A stretch of DNA of 64,000 bases, from NCBI GenBank assembly GCA_965112735.1, contig OZ218951.1, positions 2,542,001-2,606,000 on the forward strand, written 5' to 3'. This stretch comes from Phaeosaccion multiseriatum. Taxonomy: Eukaryota; Protista; Ochrophyta, other classes. Numbering within the stretch: position 1 is the first letter of the stretch; each line of letters begins with the position of its first letter. The position numbers and the translations under genes were made by a program. The notes under the pieces are model-generated. The model saw only the letters and a program-made list of their open reading frames with translations, searched no databases and was not told the origin of the DNA. This document shows positions 49,658-61,706 of this stretch, piece after piece.

Positions 49658-50665
49658 TCAGTCCTCGCAGTCGCAGGGATGGCCATTGGCATGCACCCAC
49701 TGCTTAATCTCCTCAAAGGCCTCATTCCTTCCCCCATCCCAGCTACCCATGTTCAGCAGTACCTCCGGGCACGAGAACCTGTCCCATCCACACATGACGC
49801 TCTCGGATCGCAGCCACTGCAGCACGGCCAGGCTTTGGGCTTTCGTGACGGCACCGTGACACACAATGCTGTCCCAATCGCACAGGTCACGAGCGTTTGC
49901 ATGCAGCCAGCGCAGCACCTCCAACTGACCCCCGACCGCCGCAAAGTAAGGACCCCATCGCCAATCGTCGTCTCGCTGGGCCGCCTTCAGGGCAGCCCTG
50001 ATCTTGGGGTGAATTAAAAGTATGTCCAGCGCCCTGAGATGTCCCTCTCGAGAAGCGAATGCCCAAACCTTCCAGTCGTGCGGAGCATTGGTCTCATCCG
50101 ACAGCAGCCACATGAGCATGCCCACGTCCCCTCTCCCTGCAGCAATAGTGCAAGTCCATGTGTCCCACGGACACGGGCTTTTGTCGGGCAGATCTTCGGA
50201 GCGGAGCCACTTTAGAATGCTCAGGCCGTGCTTGGCATTCTGGGCAGCAGCTTCACAAAGGCTCGCGCCCCATGCACCGCTGTAGCGATGAAGGGCCTGG
50301 CAGATGCCCACATCTCCCCACTCGGCTGCAGCTTGAAACGTCTCCATGCTCAGCGGCATGAAGCCTCGCGTGACGGCCCAATTGAGGCACTCCACAGACC
50401 CGAGCACACTATGGCGAAGGGAGGTCTTCAAGACGGGATGAGCGGCGCTGTACAGCCTCCTCCAGTCCTTGCTGACCCCCGCGATGAAGAGGTGATGCCC
50501 CTCCCCCACAACGCCCATGACCTCGAGCATCATCTCCTCCACAGCCAACACCTTGGCACGGAAAGGATGCTCCTCCTCCTCCTGCCCCTCCTCCGCGTCC
50601 GGACAAGAGAGAAAGCTGCACAGCCCCCTCCAGCCTTGCATCAAAGCGCCTCTGACCCTGCTCAT
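49658..50665 (-). CDS. Intronless ankyrin-repeat-like protein, paralog B
   Basis: Collinear with paralog A along its whole length. ATG at 50665 (MSRVRGAL) aligns with MSSVMGAL of paralog A. Confidence 0.88.
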   Translation of the reverse strand: MSRVRGALMQGWRGLCSFLSCPDAEEGQEEEEHPFRAKVLAVEEMMLEVMGVVGEGHHLFIAGVSKDWRRLYSAAHPVLKTSLRHSVLGSVECLNWAVTRGFMPLSMETFQAAAEWGDVGICQALHRYSGAWGASLCEAAAQNAKHGLSILKWLRSEDLPDKSPCPWDTWTCTIAAGRGDVGMLMWLLSDETNAPHDWKVWAFASREGHLRALDILLIHPKIRAALKAAQRDDDWRWGPYFAAVGGQLEVLRWLHANARDLCDWDSIVCHGAVTKAQSLAVLQWLRSESVMCGWDRFSCPEVLLNMGSWDGGRNEAFEEIKQWVHANGHPCDCED

Positions 50666-50761
50666 GTCACGTGCCCCTTTCTTACTGTACACTAGCGCGC
50701 TCGAGGATATAAAAGGGCTCTCCTCCCATTGACCTCCAAATGGTAAAAGTAAAATTAATTA

Positions 50762-51134
50762 CTGTGATTTCGCGGTTGAGTGGCACTTTTTACGCCCAAT
50801 TACGCCCCATTAATTTTTTTTTACGCCATATGACGACTTTTTTGACGACGTTTGACGACGTTTGACGACGTTTGACGACGCTTTAGCCCCCTATTTGACG
50901 CCCTTTTACGCCCCTTTACGCCCTTTTACGCTCTTTGAAGCCCTTTTATCTTAATTCGCCTTAATTTCGTCTAAAAAAAATCACGGAAGAGGGCGTAAAA
51001 GGGCGTAAAAGGGCGTCAAATAGGGGGCTAAAGCGTCGTCAAACGTCGTCAAACGTCGTCAAACGTCGTCAAAAAAGTCGTCATTTGGCGTAAAAATAAA
51101 TTAATGGGGCGTAATTGGGCGTAGAAAATCACAG
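50762..51134. mobile_element. Foldback-type MITE (373 bp) with TA target-site duplication
   Basis: TA|CTGTGATTT ... AAATCACAG|TA termini, about 137-bp near-perfect inverted arms (50787-50923 vs 50991-51128) built of 10-bp units (TTTGACGACG, CCCTTTTACG), AT-rich against a GC-rich background, and no ORF. Confidence 0.88.
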
Positions 51135-51167
51135 TACTTCAATTTTTTATTTTTTTTCCCTCCACCA

Positions 51168-54100
51168 TCACTTCACTGTCTGCCCAGGCTCGGCGCTCGT
51201 CCCATCAGTTTCAGTAGCCGAGGGTGAAGGCATCGCGGCCCTCTCCTCCTCCTCCTCCTCCTGCTGCTGCTTGTGCTGCTGCCCGATACGCACCACCGCC
51301 ACAGCAGCACCACCCCCACCACCCCCAGCAGCAGCAGCAGCAGCAGCAGCACCAATACCAACACCCTTCTCCTTCTCTTCCCTGTGCTGAATCACCTCAG
51401 ACGCCTGTCCGTTCGCCGAGAGGGCATTAATATAACTAATAATGCCATTTTGCTTGTCGAGGGCCTCCTCCCGCCGTGCAATCTCCACCTGCCCCAGCGC
51501 CACTGCTGCAGACAGCTCCTCCACGGTGGCCGACAGAGTGGTGCTGTGCTTGGCCTGCTCTGAGAGCTGTTGCTCTAGCACAGAAATCTTGAGAGAGACG
51601 GAGAGAGAGAAACGGGGGAGGGTAAGGTGTGTGGGGTTGGGTTTCGGATTTGTTGGGGTCGGATGCCCATTGAGAGGATGCATTGCATGGGGTAGGGGGT
51701 TTGAGCGTGCGTCTCCTCTCCGCCCCTTTCTCCTCCCCACGACCCACGACAAGGGAAACATCGCTCATTGTTTTCATTACCTTCACTCGCAGCTCCCTCC
51801 CCAGCTCATCTCGATCACGCAGCTCCTCGCGTGCCTCATTCAGCGCCATCTGTGATGCCTCAAGACGCCCCTCCACCAGGGCAATGTCCTTGCCCTTCTC
51901 CTCCAGTTGGTCCTCCAGCGCCAACAGTGACCGAGCGTGCTCTACCTCACCCCGCTCCGACGCCCTCTGCTGCTTGCTCAGAGAGGCCTGCAGGGAAGAC
52001 ATTTCGTCTCGGTGAGCATCGCGCTCGTCCTCCCATCTCGATTGGGTGGCGCTCAACTCCTGTGTGTGTGTGTGTGTGTGTGGAAAGTGGAAGAGGGGGG
52101 CAGGGAGAGTGGGAGGGAGGCAGGTAGCCAGCCAGGCAGGGAGGGGAGGGAGGGGGGGAGGGCGGGGCGAATGTAAGCGATCGGCTAATGTATGAAGCTC
52201 CAAGGTGGTTGGTGATTGCCATGTAGAGAGAGCCCTCTGCGTAGGGTGGACCTTCTGCTGCGGTGCTTCCTGAAGCTGCTCGAGTCATTGGATCCAATGT
52301 ATCGAACACTCCCTCCTCCACCCCCCGCACGCCTCGACCCGCTTCCTCCTCGTCCTACCCATGTACCTGCACCCAACTCCTCTTCATCACATGCCTCTAC
52401 CCACCACCTCCTCCTCCTCCTTGCCACCCACATACCACCCCTAACCATATACCTATACTCCTCTATCTAGGCCTCTACTCACCTCCTCCAGCGCCTGATG
52501 TGCCTTAGCAAGGGCCACGAGCTTCCCAAAGGCCTCCTCTGCCCTCTCCAGAGCCGCTGCCCTCTTGAGTTTGGCATCCGCCAACTGGTGACTGACGTCA
52601 GCCGATCGGCCTTTATACTCTTCATTCGCCAAGGTCAGACTACGGATCTGGGGTGAAGGGGGGTTGGGGCATTGGATGTAGTGGGATAGGGGAGGGGAGA
52701 AAAGGAGATTGGTGAGTTCGAGGGAAAGGGAGGGAGGCGGCGAGACGACACAGAGGGGGAGGGGACAGGGAGGTAGCGAGGGGCCCAAGCAGATATTTAT
52801 CACGTCCGTGAGGTGAAGGCGGTTCTCTTTTGCCCCCGTTGTTTCCTTCTGACTTCCATCTTGCCCATCCTTACATCATCGCGCAGCTCCCTCACGAGTT
52901 TGGCCTTCGTGTCTGCCAGCCTGTGAGCGTCGCGCGCCTCTGTTTGGCTCTGAGTGAGAGAGTTGCGGGTGTTGCCAAGCTCCCGCTGCATCTGACCAGC
53001 CTGAAGGGGTGTGCACAGGGGCAGAGGGAGAGACAGAGACAGAACAGAGATATGTGGAAGAGAGACAGACAGAGAGAGGGAGCGAGAGCAGAAGAGAGAG
53101 AGAGCGAGAAGAAGAGAGAGAGAGAGAGACAGAGAGAGCAGAAGAGAGAAAGGGAGGGATAGAGAGAGCAGAAGAGAAAGAGAGAGGGCAGCGTATCGAC
53201 AGGGCGTCAGAGGACTTACGTTAGTCTATCGTAAGACCGGAGCTAAGGCACGGAAACCCCCCTCTGGGCGGGACGACGGGAATCAGAAATAACACACGCC
53301 CTGTAGAGGGCACGATAGACTGGTACAAATGCACGGCACTCGCAAGCAGGAACCACGGAATGCACTACGGAATGAACTAAATGCACGGCACTCGCAGAAG
53401 GAAGCATGGAGTGAATGACAGAACTGAACAAATGTATGCACGCCACTCGCAGCAGGAGTACGGAATAGGCGAGGCTTACGAGTGCAACTCTCCATTTCAT
53501 ACCCCCCCCCCTAACGTAGCGCAACACTGTAAGTACGTAGGTGCGTACCTCCCTCTGCAGCTTGGCGACCTCGTCTTTGAGCAGGTCTGTCTCCAGGCCT
53601 CGCTCGGAGGAGGAGCGCTCCATCGCTTGTGCATGGGCCTCACTATGAAGCACCCAAGTGTTTGTGTGTATGAGTGAGTGTGCGCGTGTGTGTAGGATAG
53701 CCGAGAGCAGGATGGGGTGGGGAGAGGAGATGGATAAGACTCTTTTGAAACCTCGACAATGACCCCTCAGAGCCCCTCCTTCATACGTTACAAATACACG
53801 TTACACAAACGTTACACACAGCCGCCCCCAACCTCATTGCAGCTCCTTACCTCGCCTGCAGGCGGTCCCTGAGCTCTGCCAATCCCGTCTTGTCCGCCGT
53901 GTGCGCCCTTTGCAAGCCCCTCACCTTCTCCCTATGCGCCTCCTCCACCCTTCTCAGCTGTTGCGCGTGTTGGTCCTCCAGCCGCCCCACAGCCAGGCTG
54001 TGCTCCTCCTCCGCCTCCACCAACACGCTCTGTAAGTCTCCAATCATGACCGAGCGCTGCTGGGATACGCGAGCCGCGCTCTCCAGCTGGGAGGTGGCAG

Positions 54101-57100
54101 TTATTAGACGGTATTGCAGCTCTCCCAGGTGTGCGTGCGTGCGCTGCGCGTGGCTAAAGAGAGCGTCGGTAACTGTGAGTGCGTCTGCCCCGCCCTGGGC
54201 CTGTTGTGTATGTGTGTGGTGTCCAAGTTGTGCACACAGACGGAGGAAGAAAAGTTGGATGTTTGTGTCAGTGAGAACGGGGCGGCGTTGCTTTTTCTTC
54301 GCTCTATCATTGCTTTGCCTTTGCTCCGCTTTGAGCTGTACCCATACGCCTCCACTCTGCTCTCTGCCCTGCCCACATGTTCCGCTGCTTTGCCTACATT
54401 ACCTGCAGAAGGGCGACGAGGCCTGCCGCCCTGCGAGTGAGGTTCTTGAAGTCTCCCTGGGTCAATGCATATGTCAAGGCCAGGCCAACCTTGTTCAATA
54501 GGAGGAGGAGGAGGAGGAGGGAGGAGGGAGGAGGAGGAGGAGGAGGAGGACGAGGAGGAGGAGAAGGACGAGGAGGAGGAGGAGGAGGAAGAGGAGGAGG
54601 AGGACGAGGGAGGAGGACGACAAAGGAAGGGAGGTCAACAGGTGGGAGACAGAGAGATGGGTGGGTGTAAGGGCACACGGACAGACGACAAGAACAAGGC
54701 CAAACACTGCTTAACTACCTTGAGTGGGCATCTACCGGTCCCGTTCACCCGCCCACTATCTACCGCTCACCCCATGAGCCGTTCCCCTCTCACCTCGGGC
54801 TCTGAAGCGGCGGTGGAGAGGAACCTTCTCAGCTGTAGTACCCTCTCGAAGTCCGCTCTCCGCCGCACCATCCTCCTCGCTTCTTCCTTCTCCTCCTGCT
54901 CCTCCTCCCATCCACTGCCGTCCTCCTCTTCCTCCTCCTCGTCCTCCTCGGTTAGCCGCCGTCGGAGAGTAACCTCATCCTCGTCCTCCTCCTTCTCCCC
55001 ACCACCTATTATATGTACATGCTCCTCCTCCTCATTCTCCTCATTCCCATTCTCACCAATAACGGTGTTCAACTTCCTGCTGCCCGCTCCACTACTCTCC
55101 TCCATCCCCACGTCAAGCCTGCACAGCTGCGCCACCAACACACACACCACGAGCGTCACCTCCACCGCAGGGCACACCAAGCGCCCATCGCTGCCTACCC
55201 CCCCTCCCCCTCCTCCTCCTCCTCCTCCTGCTGCAGTTGGCACTTGTTGCTGCTGCTGATGATGATGCTGCTGCGGTATCACCAACTGGTGCACTTGCTG
55301 CTGCTGCAACACTCTCCGTAACAGCGGTTGCTGTCCCCTAAGAATGGGGTCCAGAGAGGCTTCGAAGGACCGAGACCGCACCAACCGTTGGGCCACGGCA
55401 GGGATGCTCAAGGCCAGGCTCCCCTGCAGGCAGAGCAGGCAGACCAGCTCCTGCTCGTACTCCACACTCACGCCTGACGTCACCAGCGACGCCGGCCTGT
55501 GAGTCCATCCCACCGCAGGTAGTCAGTTAAGCATGTAAGTCAAGGAGCGAGCAGAGCGGTTCTGTTAAGGCTTGGGCTAAGGTGGAGGTCTAAGCATCTC
55601 TCCCTGCCCACAACACACAAACACAAACACACATATACGCACACACGCCGCTCACGCGCACACCACTCACCTGATAGGAGGAAATGCGGTGCTGCCCCTT
55701 GCCCCTCCATTGCCATCCCCCTCTACTCCCCCTCCTCCGCCCCTCCCACACCGGCACTGATTCCATTGCTGCAGCCCCTCCTCCTCCGATCGTCCCCCTT
55801 GCCACGTCTCACCACCCCCACCCCCAGCCTCCCCCAGCCCTCCTCGCTCCCCCAAGAGTAGCCGTAGGGTCCCACACTTTGAACACGTCCTCTCTCGCCC
55901 CGCCGCTGCCTCTGCCTCCGCCGCCGCCAACGCCACTGACGAGCCCGCCCTCCACAAGCCTCCGCCGTTCGACGATCCATAGTCATCATCGAAAGGTACG
56001 TGCCCCTGTCTCGTTGAAAGCCAAGACGACGAGGTAGAGGCTCTGCGGTCCCTGTGCAGGTCGGCCCCAATGTCCGCGATTCTCTCCATATACAGCTCCA
56101 GTATGCCTCCTCGTCCTCCTGCTCCCTGCCGCCCCAGCTTCCCCCCCGTAGTAGTAGTACAGGAAACGGGGTCCTCATCCAGGCAAGGGGCGCTGTTAAA
56201 GACAACGTTCGCGGCGGCACTCCTGCTGCTGCCATCCGGCCGTGCCTGTATCACCAATTGCTCCTCCTGCTCCTGCTCCCGTCGTCGCCGTCGTTGCCGT
56301 GGCGTGTGGCCCTTGGCCTTGTCGGGGGGGGGGTGTATTGTAACTCGCTTCTTGGCCTTGATGGGTGTCTTGACGGAGGACTTGGTCTTGATTGCCACCC
56401 TTATCTTGGTCTTCACAAGCCCCTGCTGTGACTGTGACTGTGACTGAGGAGCGAGCTGCCGTCTCACCTTAGCACTTTTCCCCACCGCCTCTCCTCCTCC
56501 TCCTCCTCCTCCTCCTTCTGCTGTTGCTACCTCTCGATCTACCTCCTCCCCCTCACCACCACCACCGCCACTAACCACAGAAGGAGCAGAAGCGGTATCT
56601 GACAGAAGAAAGTTCTCCATGAGAAGAAGAAGCTTTGCTTGGGGAGATTCCGCATCGTACTCCAAGATGCCCGTCAGCCCCACCACGCCGCCTCCTCCTC
56701 CTCTTCTTCTTCCTCCTCCTCCTGCTCCTCCCCCCCAGCCGCCGCCCCCGCCGCCCCCACCACCCAGTCCCACACCCATGCCTGCCGCTGCCGCTGCCGC
56801 CCCCGCCGGTCCAATGATGCCCAAAGTGCCCCCGCCCATGAGCAGGACCTGCAGCAGTTGGTGATACATCAGCAGCAGCAGCATCAGCAGCAGTAGAAGA
56901 CACGAGGAGGAAGAGGTGGGGTGATGAGGTTGGTCAGGGTGATTGGTTGTTGGTGGATGCGGAGGAGGAGGAGGAGGAGGAGGAGGAGGAGGAGGAGGAG
57001 GAGAGGAGGAGGAGGAGGAGGGGGGGAGGAGGGAGCTGGGGACAGAGACAGTGAAGGGGAGACAGAGAGAGGGAGAAAGAGAGCAGAAGAGAGAGAGACA

Positions 57101-57752
57101 GACAAGCAGAGAGAGAGACAGATGGCATACCTGCAGCAGCGAGCAGGCGGCGGACATGCAGCACGTGTGGGGGTGCAGCGCCAGCAGGAGCAGGCCTCGT
57201 AACGCCTCTTCACCGAGGGGCCGAAGCTCCCCCTGCCCCTCCTCCCAAGCAGCAGCCCCAGCCCCTTCGTCGTTGTTGTCTCTTTGCGAGCTCTGTCTCT
57301 CTTGTGTTGCCTCTCCTCCTCCTCCTCCTCCTCCTCCTCCTACCTTTCCTTCTCCTTCTCCAACGACGGCCGCCGCAGGCCCGGACACAAGCAATTTGAT
57401 GAGCTTGGTTCGTGACTGGGCGTGTTCGGTGCAGAGCTTGGTCAAGGCCAGCAGCAGAGGCTCGGCAGGGAACGGTCCGGGATTGGCGATTGCGGCCGCT
57501 TGGATACCACTGCCGTTACAGACACCCTTCCCCTGCCCCATCCTGCCCCTCCTACTGGTGATGGTGCTTCTGGTCGTGGTGGAGAGGAAGGAGTCTATTT
57601 TGGAGGAGTAGGAGGCCAACACTCGCAAGGCATCTGCTAGGAAGGTGTCCATCTGTGAAGAAACAAGAGGTCGATAGAGCATGTGCGGGGTAGAGAGAAA
57701 GAGACCGAGAGAGAGGGAGAGTGGGAGAGGGAGAGGGAGGGGATAGTAGAGA

Positions 57753-57794
<42 letters not shown>

Positions 57795-60099
57795 AAGAGA
57801 GAGAGAAAGGAGAGAAGTCTTCCATGGTTGAGGCAAGGTCCGAGTTCTTCAGCTAACTACAGGGCCTGCTGGGAAGGATGGGGGATCACTCGAATCACCG
57901 AGACACACACACGCAGACACGCAAGAGCACGCACGCACACACACACACCTGCTCCGTCTCCTGCAGCACATCCATGATGACAGAGCTCCTCGCAAGGTCG
58001 CCCATCACGTCAGCACAGCACCTCTGCAGAGAGAGGGAGGAGGAGGAGGAGGAGGAGGAGGAGGAGGAGGAGGAGGAGGAGGAGGAGGAGGAGGAGGGGG
58101 AGGTGGAGGAGGAGGAAGATCTCCGTGTCGAGGAGGAGGAGGAAGAAGAGGCGCCACCCACGTCGAGGAGACGGGCGATGACGAGGGAGGCGGTCTGGAT
58201 GGCGTTGTTGCGCTCGAAGACGCGTCGCTCCAGAGGGTCGCCCGCCAGTAGTCGGGAGAGGATGGAGAGGGAGCTGAGGGGAGGGGAAGGGGTGAAGGTG
58301 TTGGGAAGGAGGGGAAGAGAGGAGGGGGAGGAGAGAGAAAGGAGGGAGGGAGAGAGGGCGAGAGAGGGTGAGCAAAGGTGGGGGCCGCGGCGGCGGAAGA
58401 GGAGAAGGGGGATGAATGAGGCAGGAGAAGGGGAGATGGGGGAAACGAAATGAAGAAAAAACAGCACAACCAAGCACACACTCGCAGGTCTTGATCCTCT
58501 TTGGTGTCCTCGCTTGCGCACGATTCTCCAGCAGAGGCGTACAGGCCTGCAACCTCCACTCCCTCCCTCTCTTTCTCACTCACCCCCTCCCTCCTTCCTC
58601 CACTGACCCCCTTCCTCATTCCCTCCTTCCCTCACTCACCCCACCACAACGTCGGTGCCATATCTGGAGGGAGCCAGCTTGTCGAGCAGGCATTGATAGA
58701 GGTTCTTGCTCTGCCCCAACCCCTTGACGTACTGCCTGAGGTGCGCACTACCTCGCACGCAGGCCGCGAACAGCTGCACCACCGCCAGGTGAAACGCTTG
58801 ATACGCTTGCCCTTGCCCTTCTTGCCCCAGCTCTCTATCCTCCCCGCCCCGCGGGTGAGCCTCCGTCGTAGAGGAATCGTCTCCCCCTCTCTTTGATGCG
58901 CCTACTCCTCCTGTCCCAGCCGCACCTCGCCCTTCCCCTGCCTTGGCCGCTGAGGGGCCCTTTCCTCCTGCTGATGCCCCGAAGTGCCTCCCTACGCCCC
59001 CCTGGGCCTCCCCTCCCCCCCCTCCTCCTCCTCCTCCTCCTCCTGCTGCTGCTGCTACTGCTGCTGTCTTCCCTTCGGGCGCTGGCTTCGTCCTCTTCCA
59101 TCTTCCTCCCCTTCCCCCCCCGCTGTGTAGGGGGGAATCATCAAGGAGGAGATAGTTGGTCAGGTGGGGGCCCAGAGCCGCGTACACGGAGGCCGGGAAA
59201 GAGGAGGGGTCCGTGGCCACCAAGTGGCCCATCAATCGGGTTGCAGACACATCTAAAGGGCTCGGTCCCGAGCCTGACTCATTTCCTCCTCCTCCTCCTC
59301 CTCCTCCAAGCTGTGTAGGACCCATCTGTGGATGTCTACTTCCATCACTCCCCCTCCTCCTGCTCTTCGGCGGATCGTAGCCGTCGAGAACGCGAGGCAC
59401 GTCGAGTAGAGGCCACATCACGAGGCATTGAAGCAACTCGTCGAAGCGGAGGGAGCTCTGCGAGGAGGACGACGACAAGGATTCGTCGTCCGCCGAGGAG
59501 GGGTGCGCTGCCATGGGACCCTGCTGCTGCAGTAGTTGGTGGTCCACTTGAAGTCGCTCGAAGGCGCACAGGGCCTTGACGAGCAGCTTTGCGATGTAAG
59601 GGTCCCGCGTGAGGCTGGCAAGGGTGGCCACCCCTAGGCCTAACAGCTCTTTCCGCTGATGCAGCAGCTGCTCAACCCTCTCTCCCCCTACCTCCTTGTC
59701 GGTGGGGCGGCGGCGAAGTGCACCACCTGCATCCTCCTCCTCGTCCTCCACACGCTGCTGCTGCTGCTGCTCCTCCTCCTCCTCCTCCTTCCTCTGATGT
59801 TCTTCCACAAGGAGTGTGTGTACGACTTGTACCACGACAAAAAGCCAGTCGTAGAGCAAGCCGCTCCGGCCCCGGCCTGCCCTCTTCCCCGTCTTCGTCT
59901 TCGCATCGCTGGCTCTCGTGAGGAGAACAGGCAACACCCAGTCCAGCTTGGAGCTGAGCCTCGCCACGAGTTTGAGATGGTGCCCCATCTCCTTCACACA
60001 CAGAGCTTCTCCTCCACTTCCTCCTCCTCCTCTTCCTCCAGTAGCACTGTCCACGAAGCCTTCCATCGCCTCCGCCAGCTCCTCCAGCGGACGCGCCAT
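51168..60099 (-). CDS. CIP2A: CIP2A-like protein (armadillo-type N-terminal domain + C-terminal coiled coil), multi-exon
   Basis: Spliced product contains VRGSAHLRQYVKGLGQSKNLYQCLL..DVVVGSLSILSRLL...RVFERNNAIQTASLV...CCADVMGDLARSSVIMDVL, a long coiled coil, and C-terminal REEALDKQNGIISYINALS. These parallel my recollection of animal CIP2A segments (..VKSFYRTL..TVVVFALSILSSL..KLFHARNIHQTFQLI; ..EELNKHSHMIAMIHSLS). Identified by memory, not by search. Confidence 0.7.
53327..53470. repeat. Degenerate ~52-bp minisatellite (core ATGCACG[G/C]CACTCGCA) x3, intronic
   Basis: Core copies start near 53329, 53381 and 53436; the intervening segments are also mutually similar (ACGGAAT, GAACT). Confidence 0.7.
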
Positions 60100-60286
60100 T
60101 ATCACGTCCAACTTCCTTGTCACCCTCCCTCCTCCTAGAGACAGAGCGACACAGAGCACCGTATTTTTATTTTGTCGTGCATTGAAATCCTCAACGACCC
60201 CTTCCTTACGTACGTATAGTTACGAAAGTTGGAGGAGGAGGAAGAAGAAGAAGAAAGGGAAACGCAGGACTCATAGTAAGGATCAC

Positions 60287-61666
60287 ATGAAGTCCCTTCT
60301 CATCGTCCTGGCTGCGGCCTCAGCGCCAGTGATCTCAGCCGGGGGACGGGAAGGGGGAGTAATACGGGTCGCGAGGGGAGGAGGAGAAGCGGGAGTACCT
60401 GCAGCGACCGGGGAAGTGCTGCGGACTAGTGAGGCGAGGGATCTCCACGTGCCAAGGAGCAGCAGTATATGCGCCGCGGAGTTGGAGAGGAGGAGGGGGG
60501 GGAGGAGAAAGCGGAGGCCACGGCCACATCAGCTCACTCGGGAGAGCCCGGCTTCGTCGCCCATTGGTCGTACCTCTGGGTCTGTCCTGTCCCCGCCGCT
60601 CCTCGCCCTCAGAGGTGGCTCGGACTGGGGTCTCTACGACTTCACATGGGACAGTGACAGTGTGAGCGGTGGTAGCAGCAGCGAGGAGAGTGAGGAGTTG
60701 GGGGGAGAAACTGGGGAGGGGGCAGGCTTGGGCGGGAATGGGCTTGGCGATGGGGGAGGAGGCGGTGCGGCGGCAGAGGAGAAGGAAATGGAGGAGGAGG
60801 AGCAAGGATGTATCGACGGCAACGAGGAGGTGGAGATTGAGAACTTTGTCATGCAGGATATGACTCTGGCAGAGCTTCTCAGCGCCGAGGGGAGAGGCGG
60901 AGCCAGGTGAGGGGAGAAGAGAGGAATGTGCCGGGACCAAGTCTCCCTCTCGCACTTGCACGTCCGTCTATACAAACAAGACAAGACAAAACCGAGTCTC
61001 ACAAATTCTTTAAGCGTTCGACCGCCGCCCCTCCCCCCCCCCGCCCACCTCTCGTCCTTGTGGAATGAATGCAAACAACGCAGATGGGGCATCGGAGAGA
61101 GCAATCGAGAGAAGGTGAAGGCTCTGTGGAAGGAGCTGGTGATGGTGCCCCCTTCGGCGGACAGACTGAAGCGTCTGCGGGAGGAGGCTGATGAGTGGGT
61201 GGGAGCACTCAAAAGGGGGGAGGATTTGGTGGCAGGCTTGGACCTCGGTGTGGGCATGGGAGGAGGAGGAGGGGGGGGTGGGGATGCACCACTTGCTCAA
61301 GGCTCGGAGACTGGCGTGGGGGAAGGTGTAGCAGCAGCTGGTGATACGACGGCGCGGGGAGAGACACCACTGGGAGGGCGGCTTGACGAGGAGGGGAGAA
61401 AAGGTCCGGCGGCGGTGGTGGCGACAGGAGCAAGGGAAGGGCCTGGGGACGGGCGAGAAGCAGTAGCTGGTGGTGCAGCGGTGGAGGAGACAGACGGGGT
61501 AGCGGGGATGTCGAAGGCAGCAGGCGAGGCAGCAACAGGAAGTGAAGCAGGGCAGGGGGCAGAAGCAGGGCCAGAGGTACAAGCGAGTAGTAGCGGGGAG
61601 CAGCACATAGTACCTGATATCTCTGTGCATCCGGTAGTAGCGCCACCACCACCCCCACTGTCATCG

Positions 61667-61706
<40 letters not shown>

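Noticed and set aside
53327-53470. Repeat-spacer-like pattern suggestive of CRISPR
   Set aside because: Eukaryotic intron, only three degenerate repeats, spacers similar to each other and no cas genes. It is a minisatellite.
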